From IMG/VR virus record IMGVR_UViG_3300020220_004906, positions 11,463 to 75,462 of that record: DNA of 64,000 bases. The stretch is one strand, 5' to 3'. The notes beneath the pieces were generated by a model. It was not told the origin of the DNA. It saw only the letters and a program-made list of their open reading frames with translations, and searched no databases. Of the stretch, positions 36,705-46,466 are shown piece by piece (positions within the stretch are counted from its first letter, which is position 1; every line of letters begins with the position of its first letter). This stretch comes from a virus. The position numbers and the translations under genes were made by a program.

Positions 36705-37784
36705 TTAAATGCTCTTTTTTTCCTTCTTGCTCTGTGCTTCATCTGCTTGTTTTATTTCTGTTTTTTTAACGTTTTGATAATCGTTCATTATCATTGTTAA
36801 TTTATCTCCGTCCCAGTCTTTCCTATATTCTAGATGTTCTTTGCCTTTGCTATCCACGTATTTCAATCTGTTGCCTGACTGCACCAACACTCCTTGTTTC
36901 TCATAAAGATCAACCAATCCAGAATATGGATCCATGCCCGTGTCATATGGAATCTTAACCTGTACGCTCTCGAAAGGCTTGGCGTATCTGGTTTTCATGA
37001 CCTTGCATGCTGCTCTTATACCCCTCACTTCTGAGATTTTATTACCGGCTTCGTCTTCTTTTAATTTTAATTTTTTCATTGCTATCACGATTGAAGAAGC
37101 ATAGATAAATCCCTGCCCTCCAGATATCTTGTCATCGGGATCAAACATATCTTGAGAAGCGTACGTGTGATTGGTTGCGACCAATCCCACATTGTAAGAG
37201 CCAAACATGTTCACACAGTTTCTGACCAGTGCTGTAAGGGCCTTGGGCTTTCTGCCCAAGTCACCTTTCATCTCTCCTGCCTCAAATTGATTTACATCTG
37301 TGGGGGTCAATAACATTCCCAAAGAATCTATCACAAATAGTATCTTGGGTGCGGTCTGTTTGTTATCCAGGTTCTCTTCTTTATAACCTTTCATGAACTC
37401 AGATATTGTTTTTGCCACATCATCCACCATGGAAAGACTCAACTTCAATAATTTCTTTTCATCTGTGTCCACGTCCAGTGCCTGCAACCAAGATTCGTCC
37501 AATGCGTTCTCTGTATCAATCAGAATGACGTATATACCTTGTGCCTGTGCATTTTTGACTATGTTGCCAGACGCTATGTATGATTTGCCTGACCCAGGTT
37601 CGCCCGCAAACACAGTGACTTTGCCTAGAGGTATTCCTTTTTTAAAATCTCCTGACATCAAATAGTTCAATGCGTAGTTGCCTGTGGAAATCCAATCTGT
37701 GGGATCATTGAATCCTAACCCCAACCCTTGTATTGATTTGGTAATGCTTTTTCTGAATTTTGTAACGTCGAATACTTTTGTCAT
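36705..37784 (-). CDS. uvsX: RecA-like recombinase UvsX
   Basis: GEPGSGKS, DTENA, IDSLG, SGG, KTR. Confidence 0.92.
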   Translation of the reverse strand: MTKVFDVTKFRKSITKSIQGLGLGFNDPTDWISTGNYALNYLMSGDFKKGIPLGKVTVFAGEPGSGKSYIASGNIVKNAQAQGIYVILIDTENALDESWLQALDVDTDEKKLLKLSLSMVDDVAKTISEFMKGYKEENLDNKQTAPKILFVIDSLGMLLTPTDVNQFEAGEMKGDLGRKPKALTALVRNCVNMFGSYNVGLVATNHTYASQDMFDPDDKISGGQGFIYASSIVIAMKKLKLKEDEAGNKISEVRGIRAACKVMKTRYAKPFESVQVKIPYDTGMDPYSGLVDLYEKQGVLVQSGNRLKYVDSKGKEHLEYRKDWDGDKLTMIMNDYQNVKKTEIKQADEAQSKKEKKSI

Positions 37785-37802
37785 TTTTATTCCTATGTTC
37801 TT

Positions 37803-37859
37803 ATTTTAACACTAATTGGCTCCAGTGTCAATGCTGGAGCCAAAAGGGAAATTAGTGTT
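37803..37859 (-). promoter_or_regulatory. Hairpin after gp32 with an embedded sigma70 promoter for uvsX
   Basis: Stem TTGGCTCCAG/CTGGAGCCAA; TTGACA (37826-37831)-17 nt-TAAAAT (37803-37808). Confidence 0.65.
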
Positions 37860-38829
37860 ATTTGCTTTGTCTTGATCTGATCAGTTTCAAGATATCTTCA
37901 GCTCTCTTGGCGCTGTCAGTGGATGGTTGAGGTGCTGCCGCAACAGGAGCCGCTTTTACCGGTTCCGCTTTGGTTGCCAACACTTCTTCATCGACCGTGG
38001 CTGTTACTGATGCTGATCCGTTTGCAGAACCATTTGCCGTAGCTGATACTCCGGCTGGCCTGAAATACTGACCATATTTTTCCAGATCATATGCCTCGCC
38101 TTCCACAGATCTCTCAAATAATTCTTTGATTATTTTTATCTCCGCATCGGTAGGCTTCTTGGGTCTGAAGTCTGAGAGATTGAACAATCCAAACTTATCA
38201 ATCGCTGCTCGTTCCGCCTCATCCAGGGCTCTTTCTCTTCTGCTCCATTTTGAAGTGGAATAGTCAGCGTATCCGCCTTTGGATGTCTTGGTTATCCTAA
38301 AATCCACACCTCTCACGTAATCAGTTGGCAATTCTTCCATCTCTGGATCTAGCAATGCAGATCTGATTATGTTGAAAATTTGTGGACCAATGATGAATCT
38401 TCTGATAGGATTCTCAGAGGCCTTATCATCGGTTAAGGGATTTTGTAGAACAAAACCTTGGAATATGTAACTTTTCTTTTTCCAATATTTTCTGCCCATG
38501 TCTTCCATTGACTTGTCCTTGAACCAGGGTCGAACTTCCGTAAGGACCGGGCAAGTTTCTCCATACATCTCCATGCATGGTACCTGTACCTGCACTGGTC
38601 TCGAATCCGACTGTCCCTTGATCCCAGCGAAAGGCAATTTGATCATTGCTCTTTCTGTCCAGAAGAAAGTGTTACCGGTATCCTTGTCAGGCAAGAAACG
38701 AACTACTGCTTCTTGATTTTCCTGTATGTTCCAGTGTGGGTAGATGGCGTTGTCGCCGCCGGTTGATGAAGTGGAGCGATTCACTTCTTGAGATTTTAAC
38801 CTCGCTCTTATTTCAGCTAGTGTAGCCAT
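37858..38829 (-). CDS. ssDNA-binding protein gp32-like
   Basis: VRFLPD, CPV, DFRITK, ADYSTSKW. Confidence 0.88.
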   Translation of the reverse strand: MATLAEIRARLKSQEVNRSTSSTGGDNAIYPHWNIQENQEAVVRFLPDKDTGNTFFWTERAMIKLPFAGIKGQSDSRPVQVQVPCMEMYGETCPVLTEVRPWFKDKSMEDMGRKYWKKKSYIFQGFVLQNPLTDDKASENPIRRFIIGPQIFNIIRSALLDPEMEELPTDYVRGVDFRITKTSKGGYADYSTSKWSRRERALDEAERAAIDKFGLFNLSDFRPKKPTDAEIKIIKELFERSVEGEAYDLEKYGQYFRPAGVSATANGSANGSASVTATVDEEVLATKAEPVKAAPVAAAPQPSTDSAKRAEDILKLIRSRQSK

Positions 38830-38939
38830 AATGTAAGCCTCCTTGTGTGCCTATGTTTGTTTTGTTTGCCTAAATGTACATTAGACATAAAGAATAATAT
38901 ACACAGTTATTTATCTGTTGTCTATGGTGAAATTTGGTA

Positions 38940-41483
38940 TTATATACCGGATAACTTTTTAATGATTGCCAATTCGTCTTCTTTTACCGACTCGTTGGCG
39001 CTGGCAACGTTTTCTGCGGCAAAATCAAAATCTTCCAATTGCATGCCGGCCAATTCTATGGCGTCCTTCAATGAGTATTCCTTGTCGCCAACCTTGAACT
39101 TGTCGCCGGGTTTCATGCCTGCTGCCTTGGCCTTCTGCACTGCCAGGGCGAACTCATTGCCCTCGGTCTTGGCACCTTGCTTGGCTTTTTCGTCACTATA
39201 CTGTTTTGAAATAGTTGCGTATTCTTGTGGTTTTAAGTCAGTTACTTCTTTGTTGTGTGTCTTTTTCAACCAATCACGAAATTTATATTCAGCATCAATC
39301 TGGCCCTTGTATTCATTCTTCACCGATTCTATCAATCCCAAATCGGCCAATCTGGTTGTTATCCAATTTATAGGATCTCCATCTTTGGCGTTTGAAGTGC
39401 CATAGGGCATGTCTCCAGAATTTACATAATAATCCAACAAATCTGAATACAATTCTTTGTGCTTGTATAGATCGTCTCCTGATTTAAATTGCTTATAAGC
39501 ATTTTGATGTTTATTCAATATCTGCTGCACATCTTCTATTTCGTCAGGTTCTTCCGCGTAGTCTCGAAACTGCGGGCTCATGCCCACGTCTGCTGGCTCA
39601 TCTCTCTCTTTCACTGTGTCGGATACTTCCGCCATGGCCGGTTCTTTTGCCTTCATGAAATCTTTCTCGTTGGCCGTGACCGCATTGGTCAGCGCGCTGT
39701 GCTCCGCCGGGCTGTAGTAATTTTTTGCCGCCGGCATTGCCAGCATTTTCAACACATAATCTCTCACTGTCTCCCTGGCGCAGGCGTCTGGACCTTCCTT
39801 GTCTGCTAGGTCACCCAGCTGATCAAATAGATCATCATCATCAAAACCCAAACCCTGCAGTGTTGATACTGCATTTACGGCTTCGGTGCCCACTGGGAAA
39901 TGTTTGCTCATTAGATCCTTCACTTTTATGAAGTCCTTGCCTGCATGGTCCTCGTCCGGCAGTGAGCTGATGCCCTCATTGACCTTTGCCTCTATTCTGT
40001 TGGTCCAGTTCTCGAAAGGCTGTGCCAAATCTTCCTTGGCCTTGCCCTGCCTGTCTTTTTTTGGCATGAACTTGCTGGGGTCCTGTCTCACTTCGTCCCT
40101 GTAGATTGGATCTTGCTGCATCTTCTTGTAGTCATCGATATATCTCTTGGCCAGTTGTATGGCGATTTTTTTATTTTTCGTGTAGTTGGCATCGGGCTTG
40201 AAGAACAGCGAGCCCTCGTTGCCCATGTCGTCGGCCACCTGGCTGGCGAAGTTGGCTATCCTGTCTTCTTCATCGTTCCTGGTCAACATTCTCGAAGCTA
40301 TGTCAGACAGTATGGAGCTCAACATGCTGTTCTTATTTGTAAATTTAGTCAATGACAGCATCTTATCGGCTGCGGGATCCGCCCTTAGCACTAATTTTTT
40401 TTCTGGATTGGCAAGGAATGACTGCACCATCGCAGATTGATCCACTGGAGTGGACATCTCAGCATCTCGGTCATCATACTCTTTCATGATTGAATGGATC
40501 AATGGTAGAGCTGATTCTATTTTATTATCAAGATGCCTCAACGTAAATTTTTCTCTTAGACTGTTTCTGGTAGCATCATCTAACTCAGCTATTGTGGTGG
40601 GTTGGAAACTTTCTTTGGCTTTCATGTAGTGACTTTGTTTGCTTAAATTTTTTACATAACTTCTCATGTTTTCTAATTTAAGTTTACAGTTTTCTATGAT
40701 GTCACCCACTGAATTATTCAACTGATCTTTGTGAGAGGCATATCGGGCAAAGCTATTAAGTTGTGCTATCTGTTCGCTCATCTTTATTATATGTTTGCCA
40801 AAATCATCGTGAGGTACACCTCCATTAGCTACATGTCTGGCCATTGCCCTTGCACCTGCCAGATGTTTCATTGGATACTTGAATCTTTCTCCCTGCTCAT
40901 TTTCTACATATAGGCTGTTAATCTGTCTGCTTCTTGAGCCTGGAACATTTTCGTCAACTGCTTGTGAGTGTCTTATGATCAATCTAGTTTTATCTGTATT
41001 TTCGTATGAAGACTTTTTGGTTCCTGTGAGACCTTCTGCAACCGGAATTCCAGCTAGTTCTGTTAATCTGCTTAGTTCTTCTGACATATTATCACTTATA
41101 TTTACCGTTTGATTCACATCTGCGAGATTCTTAAAATCTTGTTGTGTAAGGCCGCTTTTTGTGATATCTCGCACGTCAAAAGTCACCTGGTGTTGAACTG
41201 CGAAATCTTTGAGTTCTTTTAAAAAACTGTACCAATTCGCTTTGGCTTCGTCGTCTATCTTTTCAACCAATCCTCGATTGTAAAAAACTTTCATATTTTC
41301 ACCATCGGCCAAACTGATGCTCACTCTACCAAAATTATCAGAATTTTCACTGAATTCAAAGTCGAAAAATACAGCTGATTTAGGATCAGCTGTGACGTTG
41401 CCCTCGCTGTCCCCTAGTTTTATATTAGAGAACTTGCTGCGGATTTTGTTGAATAAGTCCTGTGATGTTTTGGGCTTGATCAT
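38940..41483 (-). CDS. Large hypothetical virion/inner-head protein
   Basis: 847 aa, directly downstream of terL, TAAATA promoter. Confidence 0.6.
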   Translation of the reverse strand: MIKPKTSQDLFNKIRSKFSNIKLGDSEGNVTADPKSAVFFDFEFSENSDNFGRVSISLADGENMKVFYNRGLVEKIDDEAKANWYSFLKELKDFAVQHQVTFDVRDITKSGLTQQDFKNLADVNQTVNISDNMSEELSRLTELAGIPVAEGLTGTKKSSYENTDKTRLIIRHSQAVDENVPGSRSRQINSLYVENEQGERFKYPMKHLAGARAMARHVANGGVPHDDFGKHIIKMSEQIAQLNSFARYASHKDQLNNSVGDIIENCKLKLENMRSYVKNLSKQSHYMKAKESFQPTTIAELDDATRNSLREKFTLRHLDNKIESALPLIHSIMKEYDDRDAEMSTPVDQSAMVQSFLANPEKKLVLRADPAADKMLSLTKFTNKNSMLSSILSDIASRMLTRNDEEDRIANFASQVADDMGNEGSLFFKPDANYTKNKKIAIQLAKRYIDDYKKMQQDPIYRDEVRQDPSKFMPKKDRQGKAKEDLAQPFENWTNRIEAKVNEGISSLPDEDHAGKDFIKVKDLMSKHFPVGTEAVNAVSTLQGLGFDDDDLFDQLGDLADKEGPDACARETVRDYVLKMLAMPAAKNYYSPAEHSALTNAVTANEKDFMKAKEPAMAEVSDTVKERDEPADVGMSPQFRDYAEEPDEIEDVQQILNKHQNAYKQFKSGDDLYKHKELYSDLLDYYVNSGDMPYGTSNAKDGDPINWITTRLADLGLIESVKNEYKGQIDAEYKFRDWLKKTHNKEVTDLKPQEYATISKQYSDEKAKQGAKTEGNEFALAVQKAKAAGMKPGDKFKVGDKEYSLKDAIELAGMQLEDFDFAAENVASANESVKEDELAIIKKLSGI

Positions 41484-41493
41484 ACTGTATTTA

Positions 41494-43089
41494 TTATGAA
41501 CCTAGGTTGGCAAATATGGGCATCGGCGCAGTCCATTCTGTGGTTCTGTCGGTCCATCTTTCAAATATTTTAGGGTCGAATGTGGCCAATACCTGCATCA
41601 TGCGGGTCATCAGCAAGCATGCACTTACCAAGTCATCATGCTGGCCTGGCTTGCCTTTGTAGGACACGCCCGTGGCCACGAAGTCTTTTAATTCGGATAT
41701 CAGTGGCTTGCTGTTGAGTTTCATCTTATTTAATTCTACCAATTCCTTGAACTTGGCGCAGGCCGCTATCTTGTGTTTAGCGGTAGTGTTAAAACCTCTT
41801 CTGAACTTTCTTCGATGCCCTTTTCTGATAGGTTCGCTGATGAACTGTCCATGTATGTTCTCCTCACCAATGTCCATCACTCTTAAGAGTGCTGCTTCTC
41901 CCAACGTGTTATTTTCCATGCTGTAGAAAATGCTGGGTGTCGTGGTGGGGCTTTTTTCAATGATGGTGTCATAGATGTGCTTGGTGATTGCCTGTAATAT
42001 TCTTACCTGTTGATTGGCCGGCGTGGTGTTATGATGCCATTCCGCCACCTGCTCGAACGTGGGCAGCTCGAATACCTGAATCGCAGCGAAATCTCCACCG
42101 GTGCCCAGGCTGGGATCCAACGCCACCATGTAGGTGTTGCCCGGCGTTGGCGTCTTCCACCAACGCACCTGACCCATATTGATCAGGGGATCTCGTCCTT
42201 CCAGCTCTGCTAATCTAATACTGGAGATTAATGTTTCGTCAAAGATCAAGAACTCGCACTCGTGTTCTCTTCTGAATCTCTCCTCTCCGATTCTGCTTCT
42301 TTCCGTCTCAGCCCATTTCTCGTCTCTGTCAGGATGCTCGCTCCAGTGGGCCTTCATTGCGTAAAAACCATTGGTGCCCACGACCTTGTCAACGCCGTAG
42401 TCATCAAATCTCTTGCAGGCCTCTTTCCAGATCAATGCAAATTGATCTTCATCGGAGTTTGGGGTTGAAGTTATAAGGCACTTACCACCTGTGGACAATG
42501 TAGGAGATAATGATGTCCAAAACTCCTTGGCCTTTTCTGGCGGTTGCACGAAAGCGAACTCGTCGCAATAGATAAGAGACAAGGACATACCTCTGCCGGT
42601 GTTTTCTGTTGTGGTGGTGGCCATTATCTTGGAGCCGTTGTCAAACTCTATGGAGTTTCTATTGTATTGTGTTACTCCCGCCTTTATCCATGATGGCAAT
42701 AGCTCGTAGGCATAGCGTACCCTGCTCATGATGTCCGATGCACCTTGATACTTGTGAGCGGCTATTAGTATTTGTGAATCAGGTTTGAACATAGCATACC
42801 ATAACAGATAGCCCGAAGCGCAGGTGGTCTTTCCGGTCTGTCTTGGCAGCATGGCTATGCTGAACCTGTGGTTGTTATAAGCTTCTACCAATCTCTCCTG
42901 GAACGGATAGGGATCAAATTTCAATTCTCCTCTTGTGGGGTGCTGTATTCGCATGAATTCCCGCATGAAGAAAAGCGGTCCACTTCTGAGATCCATGCAC
43001 TTTTCCAGTCTTATCACTTGATCAGCTGTGTACTTGTGTTTTTTGTGTGCCTTTTTTATTTGGTCACTATCTAACGATATGTATGCCAT
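41494..43089 (-). CDS. terL: Terminase large subunit (gp17-like)
   Basis: RQTGKT, YCDEFAF, STPN, ALDPS, HDDLV. Confidence 0.95.
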   Translation of the reverse strand: MAYISLDSDQIKKAHKKHKYTADQVIRLEKCMDLRSGPLFFMREFMRIQHPTRGELKFDPYPFQERLVEAYNNHRFSIAMLPRQTGKTTCASGYLLWYAMFKPDSQILIAAHKYQGASDIMSRVRYAYELLPSWIKAGVTQYNRNSIEFDNGSKIMATTTTENTGRGMSLSLIYCDEFAFVQPPEKAKEFWTSLSPTLSTGGKCLITSTPNSDEDQFALIWKEACKRFDDYGVDKVVGTNGFYAMKAHWSEHPDRDEKWAETERSRIGEERFRREHECEFLIFDETLISSIRLAELEGRDPLINMGQVRWWKTPTPGNTYMVALDPSLGTGGDFAAIQVFELPTFEQVAEWHHNTTPANQQVRILQAITKHIYDTIIEKSPTTTPSIFYSMENNTLGEAALLRVMDIGEENIHGQFISEPIRKGHRRKFRRGFNTTAKHKIAACAKFKELVELNKMKLNSKPLISELKDFVATGVSYKGKPGQHDDLVSACLLMTRMMQVLATFDPKIFERWTDRTTEWTAPMPIFANLGS

Positions 43090-43094
43090 GGCTA

Positions 43095-43358
43095 TTATTT
43101 AAGTTTGAACCAATCTGTGGCGTTGGTATATGAAGTGGCACCAAAGCGGTCCATATGACCCACTTCCAGGCTGTGTATCACTGCTTCGATGTAGTCGTTC
43201 CAGTAGTCCACGAACTGCTTCATCCTAGGGTATCTGGGCGGCACGTCCAGGGTCTGCCACCAGAACTCCTGCAGTATGTTTTGATAGTCCGGCATCTTAT
43301 AAACCACCTTGATGGAGGTGTATCTCAGCCCGTCAGAATATCGTCCAAAGAATTCCAT
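43095..43358 (-). CDS. usg: Usg-family protein
   Basis: Y.MPD...LQ.F.WQ..D..P..P....F..YW...IE..IHS..V.H pattern. Confidence 0.75.
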   Translation of the reverse strand: MEFFGRYSDGLRYTSIKVVYKMPDYQNILQEFWWQTLDVPPRYPRMKQFVDYWNDYIEAVIHSLEVGHMDRFGATSYTNATDWFKLK

Positions 43359-43413
43359 AAAAATATTTAGTGGGGTCTATAATGGAATTAAACCTGGTGT
43401 TATTGGCCCCGGG

Positions 43414-44481
43414 CTACTTCTTCGCCTGCTCTTTGTCCTTCAGCGCTTTTGTCATGGGCTCGGACTTGTTGCCATCCTTGTCCACGTCCAAGAAATCTGG
43501 TTTCGAGTTGGCCGCTTCCTGATAGGTCTTCTTGAAACTCTCGTACTGCGCTCTAAGGCTGTTTGACAGTTCCTCTTCTGAGATCTCAGATTCTCCCATC
43601 TTGATGGACATGGGATTGTCTCCACCGGCCGCCTTGATGTAGGCGCCTTTTGCTCTGTGCAGATCAGTGCCGCTTGGCACCACTGCTTTCACATCGCTGT
43701 ATTTTTCTTTTGGCGTGTTTGCGAACGCCTCGTCGGCCTGCGCATCTGTTGGCACTTCTTTCGGAGCTTCAGGCTGATTGATCATGTCTTGTCCAACTGG
43801 TCTTACTCCTGCCAATTTCAGCAACTGCATCATCATGCTGGCTTCTTCTGGTGAATCAGTGGCTATCATGATTGACTCGTTCATCTTATCTTTCTTCATT
43901 TTCTTCTCCTCATGTGTTATGCCCAACTGCTTTTCTATCTTTTCGATCTCTTCTTCCGTTTCTGAAGGATCACCTGCATAGGCGTTGGCCATTTGTGCAT
44001 TGTATTTGTCTTTCAAGTCGCTCAATTTTTTCTTTAGGTCAACATTAGCAGCGTCCGCCTCGGCCATCGCCACTCCTGCCGCTGACATGAATCTTTGCAT
44101 GTCGAACCTCGGATTGCTCTTGGCCATCACGCCCGCTATCATCTCTGCTGTCTCTTTGCGCTTGATTGGGTCCTCGATCTGTTTAATTGTGTCGGCGAAC
44201 AGCTGAAAGTGCTGTCGCGTCATGGTCTCGTCGATCTCGCCTTCATTTTTCTCTATCGACTTCGCGATGTCATGCGCTTTCTCAATGGTGGATTTTTTTA
44301 GTGGTGGAGTGTCTCCTGTGGATTTCATGGCCTGCGCCATTCCGATCGCATACGGGCTCTGTGTTTTCTCTGCTACTGGTCCGTTTGCTTTCTCCACATT
44401 GCTTATGGCGTCCTTGACATCAATTGATGGATTGCTTTCCTGAATCTGTCTAAGTCTAGATAAGATATCGATCATGTCCAT
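43414..44481 (-). CDS. Acidic scaffold/inner-head-like protein
   Basis: E/K/M-rich modular protein, DVDKDG motif. Confidence 0.5.
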   Translation of the reverse strand: MDMIDILSRLRQIQESNPSIDVKDAISNVEKANGPVAEKTQSPYAIGMAQAMKSTGDTPPLKKSTIEKAHDIAKSIEKNEGEIDETMTRQHFQLFADTIKQIEDPIKRKETAEMIAGVMAKSNPRFDMQRFMSAAGVAMAEADAANVDLKKKLSDLKDKYNAQMANAYAGDPSETEEEIEKIEKQLGITHEEKKMKKDKMNESIMIATDSPEEASMMMQLLKLAGVRPVGQDMINQPEAPKEVPTDAQADEAFANTPKEKYSDVKAVVPSGTDLHRAKGAYIKAAGGDNPMSIKMGESEISEEELSNSLRAQYESFKKTYQEAANSKPDFLDVDKDGNKSEPMTKALKDKEQAKK

Positions 44482-44485
44482 AAAA

Positions 44486-45112
44486 TTATTTTCCTGCTGG
44501 ATCTGGGTTGCCTTTTACTGGCCCTTTATGAGCTGCTTTGATCGGAGATCCAGAATTTTTTTTATCCACTTCATTTTTCATCACTTCCTGTTCCACTTTA
44601 GGTTTTTCAGCAAATTCCGTTTGTTTTCTGGCTTTGAGTAATTCTTTTAATAAACTTTGATTGGCCCGATCCCCATACACCTCATCCGCTTTGACTTTTG
44701 GAGCATCTTTGTATTCTATATCATGTAACATAGACTTATATTCAGATTTTTTTTCCGCCCTGGCCTTTATTTCTTCCTGGTATTCCTCTGTTGGCTCTCC
44801 CGGTTTTCTAATTACGATTTGGTTGTCATGTAAACGCATGCTGTCAGCTATCAATGCTCTCATTTCAAATACTGATGCCGGGTACAGGGTGGTCAATTCA
44901 AAAATTGTTACTGCTTGATTTTTGATATGGGAAAAATCCAATGGCACTTCCTGTATTGGGGTTTTTTTACCTTTTGACAGAGACTTTACTTCATATTTTC
45001 GCAGTGCTGTTTCCAATTTAGAGCCAAAATCTTCGCTTATATCACCAGCTATTTTAATTTTGTAGTGATATTCCTTCGTCGATTCTGCTAGATATTGTTT
45101 AAAGTTTGTCAT
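44486..45112 (-). CDS. Hypothetical head-associated protein
   Basis: N-terminal FKQYLAES, resembling T4-type capsid-targeting leaders. Confidence 0.55.
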   Translation of the reverse strand: MTNFKQYLAESTKEYHYKIKIAGDISEDFGSKLETALRKYEVKSLSKGKKTPIQEVPLDFSHIKNQAVTIFELTTLYPASVFEMRALIADSMRLHDNQIVIRKPGEPTEEYQEEIKARAEKKSEYKSMLHDIEYKDAPKVKADEVYGDRANQSLLKELLKARKQTEFAEKPKVEQEVMKNEVDKKNSGSPIKAAHKGPVKGNPDPAGK

Positions 45113-45122
45113 AATGCTGTAT

Positions 45123-45644
45123 TTAGTCTTTCTTCAGCAGTTTCTTCATCAACTCATTGCGGTCGCTTATTATCATGCCCTCACTTTCAATCGGTTCGCT
45201 GATGTCGTCCGAGCCGCTTTTGTCAATTTTGAGTTTTTTCAGCTGTAATTCCACCATGTGTAATTTTTTATCGATTTTTTGTGATTTTGCATCTATAGCA
45301 TTGCGCAACATTGAACTTGCCACTTCAAAAATACGTCCTGAATATCTGCTGTCCACGTTCATGCCCAGATCCATGAGATTTTTATAGCTCTCTTCGGCCT
45401 CCATGGCCAGCTTATCCAGCTCGAGATCGCTTAATTCGCCCAAACCCTTGACCTGCGGTAATGCTGCCGCAATTTTATCGAATTCTTGATAGGTTTTTTC
45501 CAAGGCCTTTGCTGTCTGGGGATCAACATTTTTAGGAATAGTGTGTCTTTCCTTGTCTTCGCGTGATTTTTCCTTGGCATCCACCTTTGCGAATGCTTCT
45601 TTTACATTTGGTAAATTGAGTATATCTTCCAGCTTGCGTGTCAT
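45123..45644 (-). CDS. Putative terminase small subunit
   Basis: Size, central helical hairpin and position near terL. Confidence 0.4.
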   Translation of the reverse strand: MTRKLEDILNLPNVKEAFAKVDAKEKSREDKERHTIPKNVDPQTAKALEKTYQEFDKIAAALPQVKGLGELSDLELDKLAMEAEESYKNLMDLGMNVDSRYSGRIFEVASSMLRNAIDAKSQKIDKKLHMVELQLKKLKIDKSGSDDISEPIESEGMIISDRNELMKKLLKKD

Positions 45645-45653
45645 TTAAGATAT

Positions 45654-46088
45654 TTACTTGCGTTTCCCTTGATGGAATAATTGTTCCTCGCTCAGAACCC
45701 GAAAGGTTATCCTATTTTGCTTCGCATACGCAGAGGCAGCCTCCCATTTGGCTCGATTAATCACAACTTGTGTCTGTCTTCCAGTGCTCTTACCAGCCCG
45801 TTCCATGGTGGCTTGATTCATTGGTTTGACTTCTACCAACTCTGCGTGCTTGTTGCCGTTTTTATCAACATATACTAGAAAGAAGTCTGGCACATAGATG
45901 GTGTATTTGCCAGTCAAAGGATGGCGATAAGGTATCTTTATGGATTCGCTTGCCCACTGGTAGACATTTGGGTGCTCATCACACAGTCGCATGAAAGAGT
46001 GTTCCCAACCACTCCTATACGTTGGAGCTTTTGTTCCCACGTACTTGGCAGGATTCTTCATCAAGAATTTTCCTTTGGCGAATTTCAT
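45654..46088 (-). CDS. Head completion nuclease (T4 gp4/TnsA-like)
   Basis: KY.G..YRSGWE, YVPDF, EVKP, AKWEAA. Confidence 0.85.
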   Translation of the reverse strand: MKFAKGKFLMKNPAKYVGTKAPTYRSGWEHSFMRLCDEHPNVYQWASESIKIPYRHPLTGKYTIYVPDFFLVYVDKNGNKHAELVEVKPMNQATMERAGKSTGRQTQVVINRAKWEAASAYAKQNRITFRVLSEEQLFHQGKRK

Positions 46089-46466
46089 CTATGCTTTGAT
46101 GTTTCTGGATACGATATCTCTGCTAGTTCTGCTATTCCTTACTCCCAATCGACTGCTCTTGTATCTATTGGCATTCAAAACCACTGTGAGCAGTTCATTC
46201 AATTGGGCTGAGTCGGCCCTTGTTAAGATATCTAGCATTTGTGCCACTGGAATAGAATCTATCTTGGCCTGTTGTAAGATTACGTAAGCAGTCTCTTCCG
46301 CTGGTTGTCGGTCAAATCCTCTTTTGACAAAAAAACCTACAGCGATATCATAATCATTGGTGCTGAATTCAAATGGCTCAACATACTGTGCCTTAGTAAG
46401 ATCGTCGATGGTTTTTTGCAATCTATCTTTTTCTTTTTGTGGTAGGTTGGTGTAGAATTCTGCCAT
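46089..46466 (-). CDS. Hypothetical protein
   Basis: ORF coupled to both neighbours. Confidence 0.65.
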   Translation of the reverse strand: MAEFYTNLPQKEKDRLQKTIDDLTKAQYVEPFEFSTNDYDIAVGFFVKRGFDRQPAEETAYVILQQAKIDSIPVAQMLDILTRADSAQLNELLTVVLNANRYKSSRLGVRNSRTSRDIVSRNIKA

